A stretch of DNA of 20,646 nt from an uncultured Deinococcales bacterium (GTDB taxonomy: Bacteria; Deinococcota; Deinococci; Deinococcales; JAAFIG01), in assembly GCA_964244895.1 (NCBI GenBank), contig CAXTKV010000029.1:1-20646 (forward strand). Reading direction: 5' to 3'. The first letter of the stretch is position 1. Each line of letters opens with the position of its first letter. This document shows, piece after piece, positions 16,391 to 20,646 of this stretch. The position numbers were made by a program, and so were the translations under genes. The notes under the pieces are model-generated. The model saw only the letters and a program-made list of their open reading frames with translations. It was not told the DNA's origin and ran no database searches.

Positions 16391-17428
16391 TCAGGCCACC
16401 TGCGGCATCGGCGCGAGTTCCGCGATCAGCTTGCCCTCCACGTACACCAGCGCGCGTCTGACGCGCAATCCTCGTTCCGCCCTGGCATCGCGCGGCGCGA
16501 AGACCGTCAGCGCGTGTTCACCGGCGCGCACGCGCAACGACTGGTAATGCCCCAGGTCGGTCATCGTCTCGAGCGCCACGGGCGCGCCGCCGGGCGCAAA
16601 TTCCAGGTCTTCGGGCCGCACCGCCAGGATCGCCGCACCGTCCGGTACGCCGGGCGCGGGCAACCTGAACGGCCCAGCCTCGAGCGTGCCGCCCGAAACG
16701 CGCCCGGGTATCACGTTCATCGAACCGATGAACTCCGCCACGAACAGCGTCGCGGGGTGCAGGTACAGTTCAGATGGGCTGGCGGCCTGGTGCAGCACGC
16801 CGTCGCTCATGACCGCGATGCGATCGGATACGGCCAGGGCTTCTTCCTGATCGTGGGTCACGAAGACGGTCGTGATGCCCAGCGTGCGCTGAATGGCGCG
16901 AATTTCCTCGCGCAAATTGACCCGCAAGCGCGCATCCAGGCTCGAGAGCGGCTCGTCCAGCAGCAGCACCTTCGGTTCGACCACCAGCGCCCGCGCGAGC
17001 GCCACGCGCTGCTGCTGCCCGCCGGAAAGCTGGTGCGGCAGGCGCTGCTCGAAGCCCGGCAATCCGACCAGTTCCAGCATCCGTCCGACGCGCTCGCGGG
17101 TCATACGCGCATCCGTGCGGCGTAATTTCAGACCGAAGGCGACGTTGTGAAAGATGTTCATGTGCGGCCAGAGCGTGTAGCGCTGAAAGACCATCGCGGT
17201 CGGTCTCGCCTCCGGCCCGAGCGCGATCACGCTCGAATCACCGATGCGGATATCGCCCGCGTCCGGCGAAATGAAGCCCGCCAGCAAGCGCAAGCTGGTC
17301 GTCTTGCCGCAACCGGACGGCCCCAGCAGGCTGACCAACTCGCCGCTCGAGACGATCAGGTTCAGGTTGTCCACGGCGGGTTTAGAGCCGTACCGTTTGG
17401 TGATGTTCTCGAAGATGATTTCAGCCAT
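16391..17428 (-). CDS. ABC transporter ATP-binding protein (PotA/MalK-like, C-terminal TOBE-like domain)
   Basis: Walker A 'GPSGCGKT', signature 'LSGGQQQR', Walker B 'LLLDEP', H-loop 'VTHDQEEA'. Confidence 0.95.
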   Translation of the reverse strand: MAEIIFENITKRYGSKPAVDNLNLIVSSGELVSLLGPSGCGKTTSLRLLAGFISPDAGDIRIGDSSVIALGPEARPTAMVFQRYTLWPHMNIFHNVAFGLKLRRTDARMTRERVGRMLELVGLPGFEQRLPHQLSGGQQQRVALARALVVEPKVLLLDEPLSSLDARLRVNLREEIRAIQRTLGITTVFVTHDQEEALAVSDRIAVMSDGVLHQAASPSELYLHPATLFVAEFIGSMNVIPGRVSGGTLEAGPFRLPAPGVPDGAAILAVRPEDLEFAPGGAPVALETMTDLGHYQSLRVRAGEHALTVFAPRDARAERGLRVRRALVYVEGKLIAELAPMPQVA

Positions 17429-17430
17429 GT

Positions 17431-18258
17431 CTATCCTTTGAATCCCGCCGCCAGGTAACCCGAAAGCAAGAAGCGCCGCGCGAACACGAGCAGCACCACG
17501 CTCGGGATCGTCAGCAGCACGCTAAAAATTGCGCCGACCGGTTCGGGGTAATTGTTGACCAGCGTGTACATCTGCACCGGCATGGTCACGATGTTCGGCG
17601 CGCCGACGATCAAGGTCGCCTGCGCCTCGTCGAGCGCGCCCAGGAAAGTCAGGATGCAGGCCACGATCACACCGGGCATGGCGATGGGTAACGTCACCGT
17701 GAAAAACACGCGCAGCGGGCTGGCACCCAGGTCGCGGGCGGCCTCCTCGAGTTCGCGCGGCACGCTGGAAAAGCTCGCGGCGGGAATCCAGGTCATCGTC
17801 ACCAAGGAATTGATCAACTGCACGAAAACCACGCCCCAGAAGGTGCCGATCAGCCCGAGCTGAAAGAACACGGTCGCGATGGCGATGTAGAGCCCCAATT
17901 TCGGGAAGGCGTTCGAGGCCAGCAGGGAAACGTACAAGAAGCGTTTGAACGGAAACTCGAACCGAGAGAACGCGTAAGCGGCGGGCAGGCAGATCAGCGC
18001 GGACAAGAGCATCACCATCGGCGCGGTCGTGAAGCTCCAGTAGGCCGCTTTTGAAAGATTCGTGTTCTCGAGAATCCAGCCCCACCATTTGAAACCGAAT
18101 TCTTGCGGGATCAGCGCGGGCGGGAACCACTTGGCCGCGAACGCCCACAACCCCAGCGTCACGAGCGGCAGCAGCAAAAACGCGGCCAGCGCCACCACCA
18201 CGATCAGCGTGATCGAACGCCCCATCGCCGGGTTTCGCAGGAACCAGTCGTAGCGCAT
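17431..18258 (-). CDS. ABC transporter permease (PotC-like)
   Basis: Several hydrophobic segments and the EAA motif 'LEEAARDLGASP'. Start ATG 18258 or GTG 18261; the track start at 18300 lies within repeat J. Confidence 0.88.
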   Translation of the reverse strand: MRYDWFLRNPAMGRSITLIVVVALAAFLLLPLVTLGLWAFAAKWFPPALIPQEFGFKWWGWILENTNLSKAAYWSFTTAPMVMLLSALICLPAAYAFSRFEFPFKRFLYVSLLASNAFPKLGLYIAIATVFFQLGLIGTFWGVVFVQLINSLVTMTWIPAASFSSVPRELEEAARDLGASPLRVFFTVTLPIAMPGVIVACILTFLGALDEAQATLIVGAPNIVTMPVQMYTLVNNYPEPVGAIFSVLLTIPSVVLLVFARRFLLSGYLAAGFKG

Positions 18259-18294
18259 CACGCGACCCCGACGTTTCTGGAGGCCGCACCGTAG

Positions 18295-18342
18295 GAACAC
18301 CGTCTAGCATGCACTCTCGAGAATACGTCCAGGACGGCGCTC
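18295..18342. repeat. 48-bp dyad element, copy J
   Basis: GAACACCGTCTAGCATG...CGTCCAGGACGGCGCTC, with CTCGAG exactly at the centre (18316-18321). Confidence 0.85.
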
Positions 18343-18484
18343 CCGAGAATGCTCGAGCCATCTGCGCACTCGCATGGGTCGTGCAGGAACGAACGTCGTA
18401 CTTCAGCACGTTGCACGTGAGGTGTTCGCCCTCGGGCGGGAACGACCGCTCGAGATTTCGCCTGTAAGACTCGAGCCCGATCCA

Positions 18485-19405
18485 TCACGTCCTCCGGTTG
18501 CGCGTGGTCGCCCAGACGTACAAACTGCCCGCGACGGCGCAGGCGGCGAAGCTGATGACGGCCATCACGATCGCGGTTTGCGGTTGGCGGAACGCGCCGA
18601 AGTTCAGTTCCATGGCCACGCCCAGCATCTGCGGTGCGCTCGGGCCGAGCATGTACGGCACGGTGTAACTGCCGAACACGCCGATGAAGCCGAAGGTCGC
18701 CACGATCAGCGTCGGAGTGATGTTCAACGGCGCGATGATCCGCCAGAAGAGCGTCCAGGCGTTCGCGCCCTGATCGCGGGCGGCCTCCAGACTCTCGTTG
18801 GACACGCCCTCGAGTCCGCTCGAGATCATCAGCACCGCGAAGGGAATCCCGACCCAGACGTGACCCAGCACGATGCCCGCCTCCTGGCGGATGATGGATC
18901 TGTACGGGATGTGCGCCACGCCCAGGATGCTCTCGAGCCAGCCCTTGTCGCCAAAAAACGTGATCAGCGCGTAGGTAGCGATGATCGTCGGAACGAACAT
19001 GGGCAGTAAATACAGGTTCCGCACGGCGCTGGCCAGCCCGCCGCGCCCGAAGCGGGCGGACAGCGCCAGCGGGTAGCTGACGAGCAACAAGAGCGCCACG
19101 CTGATGAACGACACGCGCAGCGTCAGCGCGAAGTTGCCCGCGAAGGCTGGTGTGGCGAAGAGTTTCTGGAATGGCTCGAGCGTGGGCGTACTGGAACGGA
19201 TCACGCCCAGGCCGTTGGCGTAAGCCGGGTTGTCTTCCGGCACCAGCCCGAGCGAGAAGCGCAGCGCTTCGAAGGCGGGAATGACCACCAGCAGCACCAG
19301 CACGAAGATCGGTGGAAGCACCAGAAGGAGCCCCGTGACGGGCTCCTTCCAGCGCGACGCGCGCCGTACTCGGGCGGGTTGTAGAACAGGAAAGGTCTGG
19401 CTCAC
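18485..19405 (-). CDS. ABC transporter permease (PotB-like)
   Basis: Hydrophobic segments, 'YPLAL', 'LPMFVP', EAA motif 'LEAARDQGAN'. GTG 19405 has GAGAGG 8 nt upstream. Confidence 0.88.
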   Translation of the reverse strand: MSQTFPVLQPARVRRASRWKEPVTGLLLVLPPIFVLVLLVVIPAFEALRFSLGLVPEDNPAYANGLGVIRSSTPTLEPFQKLFATPAFAGNFALTLRVSFISVALLLLVSYPLALSARFGRGGLASAVRNLYLLPMFVPTIIATYALITFFGDKGWLESILGVAHIPYRSIIRQEAGIVLGHVWVGIPFAVLMISSGLEGVSNESLEAARDQGANAWTLFWRIIAPLNITPTLIVATFGFIGVFGSYTVPYMLGPSAPQMLGVAMELNFGAFRQPQTAIVMAVISFAACAVAGSLYVWATTRNRRT

Positions 19406-19433
19406 GCAGTCGGCCTCTCGCTCGAGATTCACA

Positions 19434-19456
19434 GAACATCGTCTGGAGCGGTGTTC
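19434..19456. repeat. Stand-alone 23-bp half unit of the dyad element, overlapping the binding-protein stop codon
   Basis: GAACATCGTCTGGAGCGGTGTTC. On the minus strand the stop TGA runs directly into GAACACCG. Confidence 0.75.
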
Positions 19457-20579
19457 AGGGCTTGGGTTGCGGCGTGCCCGCGATCTTCTCGTACCACAGG
19501 CGGTTCATGTCCGCGCCAAATTTCGAGGAGAAGCCGAAGCTGAAATTCTTGGCGAAGGGCGCGAATTTTTTGCGCACGTCCTGCGGCATGAATTCGATCC
19601 GCACGCCGGGGTAGCCGTTCATCTTCTCGACCACCACGCGCTGCGCCGGGGCATCCAGCAACCAGTTCAGGAACTTGTAGGCTTCCGTCTTGACGGGGCT
19701 GTCCGCGCTGACGCCCAGGTACGAGCTTCCGCCCGAGAAGGGCGGCTTGATCTGGGTCAGCTTGATGTTCTCCGGCAGGATGCCCTGCGCCAGCGCAGAC
19801 AAACCCTGATCCGACCAGACCGGCCCCATCTGGATCGCGCCCTTGGCGAGCAGTTGGATCGTTTCGGCGTTGTTCTTGGAATTCTGACCGCCGTTGTAGA
19901 GGTTCTTCTGGATGCCTTTGAGCGTCTCGAAGCCCTTGTCCCACTGGCTGACCAGCGCGGCGTCGTAACCCGTCTCGAAGGTCTTGGCGTCGGCATCGCT
20001 GATGCCAAGGCGCATGATTCGGGTCACGAAGGCGTTGCCGCTGCCGCCCGTGTCCGGCGTGTTGTACGTGAACTGACCGGGGTTCTTCTCGATCCAGGCG
20101 ATCAGGTCCTCGAGGGTGGTCGGCGGTTTGGCAATTTTGCTGCTGTCGTAGGCCAGCACGACGCTCGAGCCGCGATACGGCAGACCGAAGCCCTTCAACC
20201 GAGCGAAGACGTTCTGTTCGACTTGCGCCACGCGGTTGATCTTGAGGCTGTCGAGCTTGACCAGCAAGCCCGCGTCGGCGGCGTCCGGCACGGGGCCTTC
20301 CAGGATATCGATGCCCGAGTACTGCTTGGCGTTCTTGGCGGCCACCATGCGGTCGAAGGTCGCCTGATTGCCCGCGCCGGACTGGGAAAAAATCAGGTTG
20401 AACTTGACGTTCGGGTTCTGCTTTTCGTACATCGGCAGCAGGTTCTGCTCCCAGAGGTTTTTGACGTTGACATCGCCGCTCGAGTAGAAGTTGATCGTCA
20501 CGGGCGATGTTTGCGCCGCCACGACCGCGATTCCGGCGAGCGTCACCGCCAGCCCTGCAAGCCACGCGTTTCGTTTCAT
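19455..20579 (-). CDS. ABC transporter extracellular solute-binding protein (PotD/YnjB-like; substrate unknown)
   Basis: Signal peptide (MKRN...VAA/Q), 'LPYRGSSVVLAYDS', 'PPTTLEDLIAW', 'NPGQFTY', 'GGSGNAF'. AGGAGG RBS upstream of ATG 20579. First gene of the four-gene importer. Confidence 0.88.
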   Translation of the reverse strand: MKRNAWLAGLAVTLAGIAVVAAQTSPVTINFYSSGDVNVKNLWEQNLLPMYEKQNPNVKFNLIFSQSGAGNQATFDRMVAAKNAKQYSGIDILEGPVPDAADAGLLVKLDSLKINRVAQVEQNVFARLKGFGLPYRGSSVVLAYDSSKIAKPPTTLEDLIAWIEKNPGQFTYNTPDTGGSGNAFVTRIMRLGISDADAKTFETGYDAALVSQWDKGFETLKGIQKNLYNGGQNSKNNAETIQLLAKGAIQMGPVWSDQGLSALAQGILPENIKLTQIKPPFSGGSSYLGVSADSPVKTEAYKFLNWLLDAPAQRVVVEKMNGYPGVRIEFMPQDVRKKFAPFAKNFSFGFSSKFGADMNRLWYEKIAGTPQPKP

Positions 20580-20604
20580 GGGTTCCTCCTGGGTTTGTGA
20601 TCTT

Positions 20605-20646
20605 TCTGCACCAACAGAGCGTGTGGTCGTCTGCACCAGCAGAGCG
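20605..20646. repeat. 17-bp direct repeat with 25-bp period, truncated by the window edge
   Basis: TCTGCACCAACAGAGCG (20605-20621) and TCTGCACCAGCAGAGCG (20630-20646), 1 mismatch. Confidence 0.7.

Noticed and set aside
4589..19456. Dyad elements as integron attC sites (AAC...GTT ends)
   Set aside because: They do not fit RYYYAAC/GTTRRRY consistently. The flanking genes are parts of coherent operons in both orientations rather than cassettes, and no integrase is present.
584..20600. Long antisense or alternative-frame ORFs (e.g. 584-1564 +, 2723-3643 +, 10790-12277 -, 14682-15881 -, 18258-19439 -, 19230-20600 +, 19429-20565 -)
   Set aside because: They overlap well-supported genes and have no family motifs. 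They are the stop-poor shadow frames expected in GC-rich coding DNA.

Overview
GC-rich bacterial DNA (roughly 63% GC by eye). Leaderless-type promoter architecture and protein style suggest Deinococcota, but that is inference. It holds 20 credible genes in four blocks. (1) A minus-strand aldonic-acid catabolic operon (lactonase-like amidohydrolase, split UxaA-family dehydratase, aldo-keto reductase, D-2-hydroxyacid dehydrogenase, Zn-dependent dehydrogenase, KduD-like SDR, Eda-like aldolase) with a divergent FadR/GntR regulator. (2) alkA and an Lrp/AsnC regulator. (3) A plus-strand alpha/beta-hydrolase, Dpp/Opp-type binding protein, two permeases and an amidase, with no ATPase. (4) A minus-strand PotA/MalK-type ABC importer. 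The most unusual signals are at the DNA level. A fixed-length 48-bp dyad element (GAACACCGTC-N4-ACG-N14-CGT-N4-GACGGTGTTC) occupies most intergenic gaps, with nine full copies plus 23-bp half units. The hexamer CTCGAG is iterated about 85 times (hand count) against about 7 expected, in all reading frames. A 96-bp in-frame tandem expansion bounded by CACCTCGAG sits inside the Zn-dehydrogenase. No transposase, integrase, tRNA, rRNA or CRISPR array was seen.
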